A stretch of DNA of 64,000 nucleotides, from positions 372,001 through 436,000 of the forward strand of contig CP120461.1 in assembly GCA_034226945.1 (NCBI GenBank). Reading direction: 5' to 3'. Positions 26,287-37,655 of the stretch are shown here, piece by piece. The stretch is from Picochlorum sp. SENEW3 (lineage: Eukaryota). Under the pieces are notes generated by a model that saw only the letters and a program-made list of their open reading frames with translations, was not told the DNA's origin and did no database searches. The translations under genes and the position numbers were made by a program. The stretch's first letter is position 1. Every line of letters begins with the position of its first letter.

Positions 26287-26331
26287 TGATACATACATAT
26301 ACATTGTACAAGTAAATGAAAATTTGAGTAC

Positions 26332-27291
26332 TTAACGAGGATCCGGGCGCAACTTCTCCGCGAGTTTCTGAGCAGTCTCAGAATCCCCTGTTTTGTACGC
26401 AAGTTTCATGCGTGCTCGCAACAACTCTTGCTCACGCATGTCCGCTGCTCTGTCTCCAGACTTGAGCATGGTATACGCTTCTTGTAATCGCTGTTCTTTC
26501 TCTCTCTCCTTCTCCCTCATAACCTCTTGTCTCCTCTCTTCTTCATCATCAAACACCCGTGGCTTTTCCCTGACAACTGTATCCCTTCCAGATCTTCTCT
26601 TATGTCGCTCATACCGCTCCAAATCATAGTATTTCTTGTGTGGCAGAGTTGCTGTATTAAAATCCTCGATAAAAGACCGAAACAGCTCCTTCTCCTGAGA
26701 TCGTGCCATGGACTCCACATCCTTGACACCCTTCACCTCTGAGGCCCACAGCGCAAACTCTGGCCATTTCTCACGCATATCACTTTCACGTATAACACCA
26801 TACTTACCATACCTCGATTCTCGTTTCGATCGATGTCTTCTTCTTCTTCTGCTCCTCTCCTCGTCATCGGAAGATTCAGAGTCAGAGGATCCATGCCGTC
26901 TCTTTGTGCTCCTTCGATGTTCACTATGACCCCGCCTCTTCTTCCGCCGCTGTCTTCTCTCCTCATCACCATCATGACGTTCCACATCTATCCCCGCCTC
27001 CTGTAATATCACACCCTCCCGCGACCTCATCTCCCCATCGATCTTCTTCATCTCCTCCCCATGAACCTTTATGAATCCTTCCAACAGTAACAAGGATGCT
27101 TCCACATTCCAATCCGTCTCCTTCAACACAGTATCCAACAAATCCTCCCTCACATTGGGCATTAATAGTTTCAACTTACTCCTAGAAATCTCCTCCCTCG
27201 CCTGCTGAAGCTTTGTCCTATGCTGGGCCACCATACTGGGGCCCTTATTCCCCTGCTCATCCAAGGTTTCCGCTCCTCGAGTAAACTTCAT
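26332..27291 (-). CDS. Conserved uncharacterised charged nuclear protein (CUE/UBA-like N-terminus, R/S/D-rich middle)
   Basis: LKLLMPNV..DLLDTVLKETDWNVEASL, YGKYGVIRESD, EF.LW..EVK, EDFNTATLPHKKYYDL; 319-aa ORF. Confidence 0.75.
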   Translation of the reverse strand: MKFTRGAETLDEQGNKGPSMVAQHRTKLQQAREEISRSKLKLLMPNVREDLLDTVLKETDWNVEASLLLLEGFIKVHGEEMKKIDGEMRSREGVILQEAGIDVERHDGDEERRQRRKKRRGHSEHRRSTKRRHGSSDSESSDDEERSRRRRRHRSKRESRYGKYGVIRESDMREKWPEFALWASEVKGVKDVESMARSQEKELFRSFIEDFNTATLPHKKYYDLERYERHKRRSGRDTVVREKPRVFDDEEERRQEVMREKEREKEQRLQEAYTMLKSGDRAADMREQELLRARMKLAYKTGDSETAQKLAEKLRPDPR

Positions 27292-27712
27292 AGCGCTCTA
27301 TTTTGATCTCCTATCGTCCATTAGTATTCATGACTATATAAAGCATCATCAGAATGGAAAATATTGCATTCAATATCATAATACTATGCGTATTACGCTT
27401 AAAGAATGGCATTTCTTTCTATGGAAAACACCATGTTATTTTTTTTATTCCGTTCTAAGGGAATAAAAACTTACCAGCAATATTGCTGTGGTGGTGGTAC
27501 GACCATGAAACCTTGGCGTACCTCCCATGACGATGTAGAAAGAATGCACCTAAAAGACCCATCAGCGGTTTTATACATTACTGAAATACATATACAATAA
27601 ATTTAACATAGAAGTTGCTTCAATCAGGGCCTGTTCACAGGGTTGGAACGCAGTTTTTTATTAGTAGACTTTTTCTCTCTGGTGTCTGAGCTTGCTTTGC
27701 CGCCACACAAGG

Positions 27713-28642
27713 ATGATGTCTCGAGACGATGATGAGAAGAGCCAATCGAGCCAATCAAGCATTGTGCCAAACATTAGTGCAACGTTGAATGCAAAAGTTG
27801 TTGCTCTGGAATCTGACCAAACAGATCCTCACAGAATCTCAAAGCTATATGATACCATGGCTGACACCTTTTTACAGAATGGGCTAAATCTCGATGCCGT
27901 GGCGAGCCAAAGCTTGTATTATAATGGAGCCATGCCACTAGAGTATACTGCATTTCCGACTCCCTTGCCCGACGCAGCAGTTCGGCTATGCCTGATATTC
28001 TTTGAAAAGGTTCACCAGGAGCTGGCAGAAAAGGTGGAGAGAGCATCGCGGGAGATTGCAAGCGTATTGCCGGACACGTACGATATGCATCTGACCAAAC
28101 GGAGTCATTATCATATAACCATATTTATGACATCTCAGCCTCATGCGTTGAGACCCGATCCGTTCGATCCATCCCATTATGATTTGGACATGTCCACCGT
28201 CCAGGATGTGTCATGTATGAGGCCACACGAGTCCGTGTTGGAGAGGGAAATACAGACAATGAAGGATATTGTCGCTCAGCACAAGAGCCCAGTGTTTCGA
28301 GTACATCGGATCGTCTTGGCAGATTCGGGAACCTTGTTGCTCTGTTTGGTGGAGATTTCTCCACACTCTAGTGTCTTTCACATGCGCAAAGCCTTTCGCA
28401 AGGCCTTTCCTGGCAGCCCTCCGAAACAGTCTACCATTTATCATGCAAGTCTAGGGCGTATTGTGACCCCAGAACAGCTGTCAGAAGAGAAGAGGAGGAA
28501 AATCCACGATATGTGTGAGGCATGGACACGCCAATTGCAAGGACATGAGTTTACTGTGGATGAATTGTTCCATGTTCGGGAGGTGCAATTCACAACTGTT
28601 GAGGGACCGAGTGTATCCTTACCATTACAAACATCTTTATAA
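27713..28642 (+). CDS. Putative 2H phosphoesterase-fold protein
   Basis: Two HxT/S motifs (YHITIF, YHASLGR) about 110 aa apart. Confidence 0.65.
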   Translation: MMSRDDDEKSQSSQSSIVPNISATLNAKVVALESDQTDPHRISKLYDTMADTFLQNGLNLDAVASQSLYYNGAMPLEYTAFPTPLPDAAVRLCLIFFEKVHQELAEKVERASREIASVLPDTYDMHLTKRSHYHITIFMTSQPHALRPDPFDPSHYDLDMSTVQDVSCMRPHESVLEREIQTMKDIVAQHKSPVFRVHRIVLADSGTLLLCLVEISPHSSVFHMRKAFRKAFPGSPPKQSTIYHASLGRIVTPEQLSEEKRRKIHDMCEAWTRQLQGHEFTVDELFHVREVQFTTVEGPSVSLPLQTSL

Positions 28643-28667
28643 AAGTATTTGATGTTGTTGGAGTAGC

Positions 28668-29629
28668 ATGGGAGGGGACGAATCGGACAAGATTCGCCAG
28701 GTGATTCTTGAGCATGCACCGTTTCTGAAAGAGTCGGATGATGGGAAGAAGATCGTCTGTTTGCTCAATAATCATGAGATTTCATATCGATTAGACGCAA
28801 TTAATGCGTTTGTGAGGTGCGTCATCCTCGAGAGGCGTGTTGTGTTGCACGATGGTGAGGATTAACTCGCAGCAATTGTGTCCAGTGGGAAAAAGTACCG
28901 ACGATTACGATCTAGAAAAGAGGCTGAAGAATGGACAGAAAAATATAGACCATTTTTGGTCCCTTCAGTGAACTATCCGTACGTATTTTGAATCTCTGTG
29001 TGTTTGCAAGCAGTGGATACATACTACTCTAGAGGCAGAGAGAGAGAGAAAAAAAAGAAACCAAGCAGAGGTGCTGACTCATACCCTGATATGTACAGGA
29101 ATATGCTGTTCTGCTCACTGACAAACCATGTGATTAAAAAGAATAGACAGTCTGTGGATGAACACTTGAAAGGGAAGAAGTTTCAGAGAGCTCAAGGTGC
29201 GCTTTGTTTTGATCACGTATTGCGACTGGATGATGCTACGCACGTTAACCATCTTTCGGATCTGATCATGTTTACACACGTAAACTGTGCTGATCACCCC
29301 TTTTATGCGAATGACAGTCGATGCCACAACAATGTACTAGTAGTATGGGAGTAAGAATGCATGATGCTTGTTCCATACATTCTCAATCCTGTTTCTGTTC
29401 TGTCGTAGAAAACTTTCAAAACGATAGACTAGAACTGTATGAAGAGCCAACGATCGAGGAGATGGAAGCTGCCATTGAAGAGATGGAGCAGGAAAATTCA
29501 ATGGAGGACTTTGAGTTTATCAATGACAAAGACATCGATGGACATGAACAAATGAATCAACATAAAAGACATCGCGATCAGAAGAAAGAGTCGGATGTTT
29601 CTGTGAAACGTACTCGTAAATATACTTAA
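28668..29629 (+). CDS. SURF2: Surfeit locus protein 2-like; exons 28668-28816, 28886-28978, 29099-29196, 29409-29629
   Basis: Spliced product has KIVCLLNNHEI..., SGKKY, LFCSLT.H.I.K....V..HLKGKKFQRA and an acidic/basic tail; all three introns restore the frame. Confidence 0.85.
29223..29320 (+). ncRNA. Intronic box C/D snoRNA, snR39B/SNORD2-like
   Basis: Terminal stem CGACTG/CAGTCG, box C ATGATG (29230), guide ACCATCTTTCGG (29248-29259) antisense to LSU rRNA CCGAAAGAUGGU, D' CTGA (29262), C'-like TGCTGA, variant D ATGA (29311). Confidence 0.8.
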
Positions 29630-29750
29630 ATTCTATGTTGTAACATTGTATTGTATTGCAAGACACACATGTGCTGCTGCTCTGCCTCCTGCAGATGCTT
29701 CTGTAATTGACAACAACCGCAGCAATCAGTCATCTCAACAAGACACACAT

Positions 29751-30068
29751 TTACTTGCGGAATCCAGGACGTTTTGGTGGTTCTCTGTCTCTACGGGCCT
29801 TGCGAGATCTCACGCGCACAATCTTGGAGTGAATAGCTGCAGAGATACTGTAGTACACCTTGCGGTAGATCTTTGGCAAAGCATAGTTCTCAATAGCACA
29901 GGCATCCTGAAGATCCCGGATGGCAGAAGCATCCACAATATTCCTCACAATAAATCTCTTAATGGCTTTATCCTTTGGCACAAGCATGGCTGAAGATTCG
30001 CAGCGAACACGGCGAACATGTCCACGTCCGTGCTTATTACGCCCTCCATTTCTACGCTTCTTCGTCAT
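29751..30068 (-). CDS. RPS26: 40S ribosomal protein S26 (eS26)
   Basis: [47 protein letters not shown]. Probable 5' UTR intron 30528-30097. Confidence 0.98.
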   Translation of the reverse strand: MTKKRRNGGRNKHGRGHVRRVRCESSAMLVPKDKAIKRFIVRNIVDASAIRDLQDACAIENYALPKIYRKVYYSISAAIHSKIVRVRSRKARRDREPPKRPGFRK

Positions 30069-31056
30069 TCTGATTCAATTACTAGATAAAGTACCTCTGC
30101 ATATCACAAATCAACACACACATCAGACATATGGGAAATACATTCGAACCACTCAATTGACCTGAGGGGAAGCGGAAGATGAACAGGGCTTTGGTTGCCA
30201 TGACCCCATTAAATACAACGATGAATATATGCTGTTGTATATTCTGGATCGAGGTACTCGAGGGGAAATCCAAAAATGCCTCGCAGACCCACCGCCACCA
30301 CAGCCGTCGGACTCTTCGACATCTTGGACGACTCTCGGCGACAGAAAAGCGTCTTCGAATACTCTAATACGATATGCAATTATTCTTCCATCAGAATGAG
30401 TGCGATGATACGATTCTGTTGTCCAAAGAGCCAGAGACACTTGGAGACGCCGCAGCGTTGCCATCCCTCCAATCCCTTTGTTCCCATTTCTTCCGATATC
30501 GTATCACTCTATACACATATGAACATACCTTGATTATATATCTTTTATAATAGCTCTCGGGTGGGCACAGGAAGCCGAGTATGGCTGCATCAAAAGCCCG
30601 TCCTTGTCCAATCAGGTAGACAGACGCTTCCGTTCCACATGCACAGTTAACCGAGTGTTTCAGTCATTCTTCTGTGGACACCAGTGGTGGATTAAAAAAT
30701 TCCACCAGGGCACATCAGTCAGAAGAGGCGTACATGGTGTTCCCCATTGCCGATGCGACATCTTGCAAATGAAGGCACGAGTTTGAACAAAGCCAAGGCA
30801 CATGCAAGCGGGATTCTCTCTACAAGACATCTGTATACACACTAGACAACAACAAGAGCAGACTCTCTCAGAAGAATGCATCTTTGGAGACTGCAGCGAC
30901 ACTATTTCTGTTTACATGCTATACATATAAATATAAATATACACACAATAGCACTAGATGCGACATTTTAAAAGAGAAGAGACTGGATGACAAACGTTAC
31001 GCCTGTTGACTTGTCTTCCCTGCTGTGTGCATTCTCAAACACTGGTACCACTGATG

Positions 31057-31383
31057 TCATACCCAGATCCCTGCAAAAAGCGCCAAGACACTGAGAGCAT
31101 ATGTGAAGAGAACACTGAAGGAGTCACTGGCTGCTGAGACTGTTGAATTCGCTGCATCTGACTCAAAGGTGATGCTGTCCATGAAGTTTGGGTCACACTT
31201 CCCGTCGGTACACGGTCCACCGCAGAATGTTAACAAATTTAGTCCAAGTATAGCAGAACAGTCACTATCGGTAGTGCAAGTCGTAGGACACTTATTATCA
31301 GCATGGACTGATCGAGCAGATGTCAAAAAGAGCACCAAGGCGAGGATACAGACCGCGGGGGCCCCGAAGAGCTTGGTGAACAT
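31057..31383 (-). CDS. Small secreted six-cysteine protein with GPI-anchor-like C-terminus
   Basis: Signal peptide, C-x3-C-x5-C-x11-C-x3-C-x4-C, S/A-rich spacer, hydrophobic tail with no cytosolic residues. Confidence 0.75.
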   Translation of the reverse strand: MFTKLFGAPAVCILALVLFLTSARSVHADNKCPTTCTTDSDCSAILGLNLLTFCGGPCTDGKCDPNFMDSITFESDAANSTVSAASDSFSVLFTYALSVLALFAGIWV

Positions 31384-31655
31384 AGTATGAGAGCTGCCTG
31401 TATGTAATGAACAATAGTTATGTATAATTTGTCGCGTATGGCGTAAATTTTTAAATAATTACATGGTACTACTATTGCAGAGCTTCTAGTTCCTTGGAAC
31501 ACGTTGAGGTAAAGAGGCACATTTGCGTAAGATCAAATTCCTTGATTAAGTATTAAAAATAAATGGTTTTTTTCTTTTCTTGACACAATGTCATGAATGT
31601 CACAATCGTCGCTCGATGTATGTCTATACCTAACATGAAATCATTTTAATTCTTC

Positions 31656-33035
31656 ATGGCATCCTATTATTGCTATCGATATGGCTGCCCTCGAGGTGCT
31701 CTGAATACAAGGCTTTTGCAGAGGAAGAAACAGTGCCAGCTGAGAAAGGAGGCACGAGATGGACATCGTACAGCCTGTGCTTCACAGAACGCATCCTATG
31801 ATGCGATTGTTGTGGGTGGAGGGCCAGCAGGGCTAGCGACTGCTTTGGCATTGCAAAAGACTGGGTGGGAACGAGTAAAGGTGTTGGAGAGACAAGAGGT
31901 AGGAGCAGGGGGAGGAACTGCTCTCGGCCTTTGGACAAATGCGTGGAAAGCATTAGATGCGCTTGGGGTAGGAGATGATGTTCGAAGCAATGTGCCTCGC
32001 GTGGGGAAGGTTCAAGTATGTAGAGAGGACTCTGACAGGGTACTGACATCCTTTGACCTCAGTCGATGTGATGGAGGACCCCACGAGTTCCGAGGAGTAT
32101 TGCGAGATCATCTTGTCTCGTGTTTGACATCTCACCTATTACCTGATACAATTCAGTATGACACTCGTGTGATATCATGCAATGTCACGTCTCATCAGGG
32201 CAGCACAGTGACTGTGGAGACAGATGATGCATCTACATTGACTGCAGACCTCGTGATTGGAGCAGATGGCGTCAAGAGTGCTGTCGCAGTATCGTATGGA
32301 CGTATGACTGGTAGAGATGTATCGATCAACTATGTAGGGCAGACAGCGATACGAGGGGTGGCAACATATGACACACTACCATGCGACTGTATTCGGCAAG
32401 TTTTAGGGTCTGGTGTTCGTGCTGGGGTGTATCCAGTATCAGAAAATAAACTATATTGGTATGTATGTTTTGTTGATAATGAGAACAAGAGCAGCAGCAT
32501 GCAGGGTGAGGAGATATTACAAGAGGCGAGAATGGTGTTGGAAACATCATCACAGACCTGGATGAGTAGTATTGTATGGAATGCTATATCGCGCACCCCG
32601 ACAGACAGAGTATCTAGAAGCCGCCTTGGTGATCGATGGGATATTTTCGATGCGTTTTCATCGAACGCGGCACGCGTTCCAATCGCCCTTGCAGGAGATG
32701 CCTTGCATCCAATGACACCAAACCTTGGGCAAGGAGGATGCACCGCATTGGAAGACGCCGTCATCCTAGCATCATGTTTATGTGCCACTGGAGCTCATCA
32801 AAAACCATCAGGACGTGAGAGATCACGCTGTATTTCCGAATCCATCGGTGAGTATACAAGACAAAGGGCAACCAGGGTGACTCCTCTTGTCATCAGATCC
32901 AATCTCATGGGTCGCGCATTACAGACTGGATTCCCCCCAATCGTCTTTGCTAGAGACACATTCATATCAAATGCATTCAATCCATCGCATTTCTTGGACC
33001 ATGCGACCTTTGACTGCGGCGAGTTGGGTCGATGA
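31656..33035 (+). CDS. FAD-dependent monooxygenase (group A flavoprotein), probably plastid-targeted
   Basis: IVVGGGPAGL, LVIGADGVKS, LAGDALHPMTPNLGQGGC.ALEDA. Confidence 0.93.
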   Translation: MASYYCYRYGCPRGALNTRLLQRKKQCQLRKEARDGHRTACASQNASYDAIVVGGGPAGLATALALQKTGWERVKVLERQEVGAGGGTALGLWTNAWKALDALGVGDDVRSNVPRVGKVQVCREDSDRVLTSFDLSRCDGGPHEFRGVLRDHLVSCLTSHLLPDTIQYDTRVISCNVTSHQGSTVTVETDDASTLTADLVIGADGVKSAVAVSYGRMTGRDVSINYVGQTAIRGVATYDTLPCDCIRQVLGSGVRAGVYPVSENKLYWYVCFVDNENKSSSMQGEEILQEARMVLETSSQTWMSSIVWNAISRTPTDRVSRSRLGDRWDIFDAFSSNAARVPIALAGDALHPMTPNLGQGGCTALEDAVILASCLCATGAHQKPSGRERSRCISESIGEYTRQRATRVTPLVIRSNLMGRALQTGFPPIVFARDTFISNAFNPSHFLDHATFDCGELGR

Positions 33036-33448
33036 GGTTGGTTGCTTTGGCCCATAAGAATCCAAATCAGCTCAAAGCATGATGCCTTGTATTTATTGAG
33101 GACGCCCACTCTAGCAGCCCTCAAGATGTTACGATCATTTATATCAGTCGCCTTTTACTACTGGTATCTGCGTAACATTTTGAACTTTTGAACAATTTCT
33201 GGCTGGTCTTCTAGACCATTCTCCCATCTCTGTCATTATTACCACGCTCACATCGAAAGCCACCCAGCTTCTGGCTCGAGCTCTCTCGACACAGAGGAAA
33301 AAAGAAAATGATGTCATCTCCATCAAACAAATTTTGTTTTAAAAACAAGCTCACCTGACTTCGATGCATCCTTCCAAATACTAATGACAAGTGAATTGTA
33401 ATTTCATCCGCTGTAATCGATGCAATAGTAAACGAAGTATATTCGTCA

Positions 33449-36400
33449 ATGGCCATTGCGCCTGCTTGGAAAGAGCGAAAGGTTGGTTGTTTTGAATTGA
33501 ACAACGCCATGCGGTCCGACATGAGCATCCATTTGTGACTATATTCAGGTTATACCTTCCATCCGGGTTATTTCATCCAAAGATAAAGCGACGCGAGTAT
33601 TTATAGAGCGCGTAGAGCAGTATACACGATCTGACATTTCATGTGGAAGTTCTCTGTGTTTGCGCAATTGTCGCATTCGGGATGCTCTGAGCGAGGATAT
33701 TCGACGTTATATGTTTCCAAGTGCTACGTGTGTCGAGCGATATATCGATTGCTTCGAGAATGAGACAATTTCTGGTCGACATGGAGTTGTGCTGTGTTTG
33801 AGTGAACTGCAAAAGATATCTCGCCATGCGTTGCGCCTTGTCTCTCGAATTCGATCGTTGTATAGAGATCGGAGGAGGAACGTGTATGTATTTGATGATG
33901 TACATCATGAAGAGGAGGACGTGAAGGGGCCAGTGGCTGCAGCTGGATGGTATTTGGGACATTTGTCAGAGCATCAAGATGTGTCTTGCAGTGCTCTAGT
34001 GGATGATGATGATGACGATTATGGGCGTAGCATAGGAGGAGATGGCTGCATATATATGTATGATTATATGAAATTGGAATGGGGGCAGAATGATGAGATT
34101 ATGAACCTGTTCATGGCAGCTCGAGAGGCTAGGAAGAGTCATGATGCCGCTGCATCAATCTCTCGTGGGGAGGGAATCCGAAAGGCGACGCATGCGCAGA
34201 TTGAGCGAGGAATTCAGCGAGGTGTATATATTAAAGGGACATTGAAAGTGGATGGGAGGCACAGTACGAGTTCGTATGTTGTCAAGGATGATGGTGGTCT
34301 GGTGCATATAATGTCCAGGGAGGACAGATGGCATGCCATTCATGGGGATGACGTTGTCGTCGAGCTCATCCCGGAACAGTCTACTGCATCATGCATAGAC
34401 GATGGAGATGTAGATGATACATTCTCATCGCTGGTTGATGAAGATGTGAATACTCATTCCCAAGCAGTTCAGCAGAAAGGCAGAGTGCTTCATGTGGTGC
34501 AGCGCCGATACAATGATGTTATGGTGGCCATCTCAAAGGAAGATGAGAGAGCTTTGTTAAATCTAGGGTCATCAGACACGATGAAATCTGTCATTTGTGT
34601 GCCGTTTGATCATCGGTTCCCCAAGTTGAGAGTCAAGTCGAGGCATCTTGACACATATATTAGCAAAAGATTCTTGGTGAGGATTATTGGGTGGGACGAA
34701 GATTCATCGTACCCACATGCGCATATTTTAAAGTGCATGGGACCGATGGGTGACTTGAAGACGGAGACTGATGTGCTCCTCCATCGACATGGGCTTTTAT
34801 TTGGTGAATTTGTACAGAGTGCTTTGCATGAACTACCATCTGGGGACGACACGCATTGGGTGCCTCGAGATGATGAAATTCAAAGTGAGATTACTCGTGG
34901 TAGAGTAGATTTACGGGATAAATTTGTGTGCAGTATCGATCCAGAAGGTTGCACGGATGTTGATGATGCAATGCATGTGAGCTGCATCGATAAGGATACA
35001 TTTGAGCTGGGAATTCATATAGCTGATGTGACGCATTTTGTGAAAGATGCTTCATATTTGGAAGAAGAAGCTGCATCGCGATGTACAACAGTGTACCTAG
35101 TGGACAGACGTTTGGACATGCTTCCATCACAGATTTCCGAGAATGCAGCATCCCTTCTTTCTGGGAAACCTAGATTTGCCGTCAGTGTGGTCTGGAAGAT
35201 TGCATACGATGGCTTTAAAGTAATCGATACATGGTATGGACGATCAATCATCCTGTCAAGGTACCAGTTGGAGTATTCCCAGGCACAGGCAATTTTGGAT
35301 GGGCAATCCCACAAGAATGACAAACTGTGTGGCCTTTGCTCTACAGAAGATCTTGAACAAATGCGCCAAGGGCTTGGAATAGTACGACAATTGGCGGAAG
35401 ATAGATTAAGGATTAGATTAAAACATGGAGCCATAGAACTTGATAGTAAAGAATTGAAATTTGAAACCAATGACACTGGGATGCCTCAACGAATGTACGA
35501 GAAGCAGAGTTTGGGTACCATGAAAATTATTGCAGAACTCATGATTATGGCCAATGAAGCTGTCGCCAAGAAGATTTGTGAATCGCACCCAACCTCGGCG
35601 GTGCTGCGATGCCATGCCTATCCTGACAAAGACAAATTGCAGAATATCCATGCATTCTGTCAGAGCTTTTCCATAGGAAACAAGGACATGTTCACTCAAC
35701 CACACACCTTTGGTAAAGATTTACAACATGCCCTTGCGAGCACACAAGATCCAGCTTTGAATTCGTTGCTGAAAGTTGTAGCAAACATGTCCCTCCAGCA
35801 AGCTGTGTACACAACTGCAGGTGCCATGCCCAGTCGGCTTCATGCTGGATTGGGACTGAACAATGGGTACACGCATTTCACGTCTCCCATTCGAAGGTTT
35901 GCAGATATACTGGTTCATAAGCAATTGCTCGAGTCCATCCAGTGGGATGGGCAGTACAAACATACGGCAAGAGATCTTGAGAGCAGAATCAATACCATCA
36001 ACCAAAAGACCAGAGCAGCCAAGATATGCCAGAGAGAATGCTCGCTTTTATACCTTTTGCTTCTATTTGCGGAAACCCCTACACGATTTGAAGCGATTGT
36101 TGAGGAGATTGAAGAATCATTCATTCGAATTTTTATTCCACAAGTCGATCTGAGGGTAGGCCACATTGCTCTTGTCATGATCCATGATGATTTCTGCATG
36201 ATTCACAAATACACTCATTCATGTGTAGGGACTAATCAGATTTGATCCTCCAGACAGAAAATCGACTGCTCTGTCGCTTCTCTTCCCATCATCATCAGAA
36301 ACAGAGCACATCTCCATTCATGTTTCAGATCAAGGACAGTATGGGTATGAGTCAATCTCATTCCAGGACGCCTCATCACAGGCATCTTTCTCACTGCATC

Positions 36401-36942
36401 GAATGAGTAAGTTATGGGTGCGTGTGGAATCGGAAATATCCTCGTTTCATGGCCCATCTCTTCAGGTAAAAATACTACCTGATGAGTATGCACGCAATCG
36501 AGACTCGGTGTGCCCACCACTGCAGGCGAAAATGACCGGTCCGTCACCATCGCCACCAGACGCAAGCGAAGAAGAAGAAGAGGACTATTCTGCGTCGACT
36601 CCACCGCAAATTACTGACCTGACATCAGCCTTGGTCAATCTTACCATTAGCAAGATGAACATGGAAAGAGAACAGCAAAGAGCTTCTTCATCAGTCGTCA
36701 TCAATCACTCATTCTCACATCAGCAGAAGGACCCAGTCCAAGAAAAACTCGAACAAGCCGTATCTAAATTAGCAGAAAAGGCCAGAATGTACACCATGAG
36801 GGCCACAAAATTCAAACCTGGCTCAGAAAAGCATACATATTGGACTGAAAAGGCAAACACAGCAGTCTCAAACTCTTCCAATATTGTGCATTCGCTGTTC
36901 TGGGACAGCAAAAAGACATACAGTTCTTTACATATGATGTAA
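33449..36942 (+). CDS. DIS3/RRP44-family RNB exoribonuclease with degenerate PIN domain; exons 33449-33481, 33549-36155, 36229-36942
   Basis: CR3-like EQYTRSDISCG..LC..NC, AIHGDDVVVEL, SIDPEGCTDVDDA, GIHIADV, TTVYLVDRRLDMLP, ELMIMANEAVA, YTHFTSPIRRFAD..VH. Confidence 0.9.
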
Positions 36943-36944
36943 AA

Positions 36945-37202
36945 TCATTCTTTCTTAGTACTCCCAGTCTTTTTCCGAAAGACCAACTTCTTATCTCCTA
37001 CAGCACTCTCCAAGTCCACTCTATCTTCATCCTGAGAAAACACCATCAGGGTCCCAAATATCTCCACAAATTCCCCCACATACACACTGCCATCCTCCAA
37101 TTCCATAATTGGCTCGGCTGTATCCAACCCTTTGAATACAGCCGGCACTCCTGGAGCAGGAGCAGGTCCGACAAACTCAATGAGGCAGTCTACGATTGTC
37201 AT
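36945..37202 (-). CDS. TFIIIC subunit 6-like (triple-barrel domain) small protein
   Basis: GLDTAEPIMEL..G..Y.G.F....GT.MVF motif. Confidence 0.75.
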   Translation of the reverse strand: MTIVDCLIEFVGPAPAPGVPAVFKGLDTAEPIMELEDGSVYVGEFVEIFGTLMVFSQDEDRVDLESAVGDKKLVFRKKTGSTKKE

Positions 37203-37655
37203 CGTCCTATTTCTCCCCAAACCCGCCTTCTATGGATCAATTATACCGTTTAAATGGGTATAATTGTGTTTTATTCCTCTCACCACGGCGAAATCCGTTG
37301 ACCAACTGTGAAATTAATTCAAACCAGTCAACAGACGGCTGATCTTGGGCGAGCAACGTACGTATGACACTGCTATATATATATTTGGTAGATCAGAATG
37401 GTATATCGAGCGTGTAAAGGATCGTTCATGCAATGACAACATGAGTCATGGACACCCTTTCATGAATCTGCGATGCGCTTCCCATCCAACGATCAATTCA
37501 ATGGTATCCATCAATATGTACCATCAAAGGAGTCACCTGATGGGGTGCTTCATGTATCGCCTCGGCAGGACCTCTCCTCTTCCACGATTGTGATCCATGA
37601 TCAACATTCCACTGCTCCCAAAAATACTTTTAAAATCGATTAAAGGAGAATAACG

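Noticed and set aside
27475..27525. Palindrome plus hairpin resembling a U1 5' end or SECIS
   Set aside because: ACTTACC is more simply a minus-strand GTAAGT donor; no U1 body or SECIS quartet, and no Sec ORF nearby.
33144..33528. Minus-strand ORFs between the monooxygenase and the DIS3-like gene
   Set aside because: No recognisable motifs, and the longer one overlaps the DIS3-like first exon.
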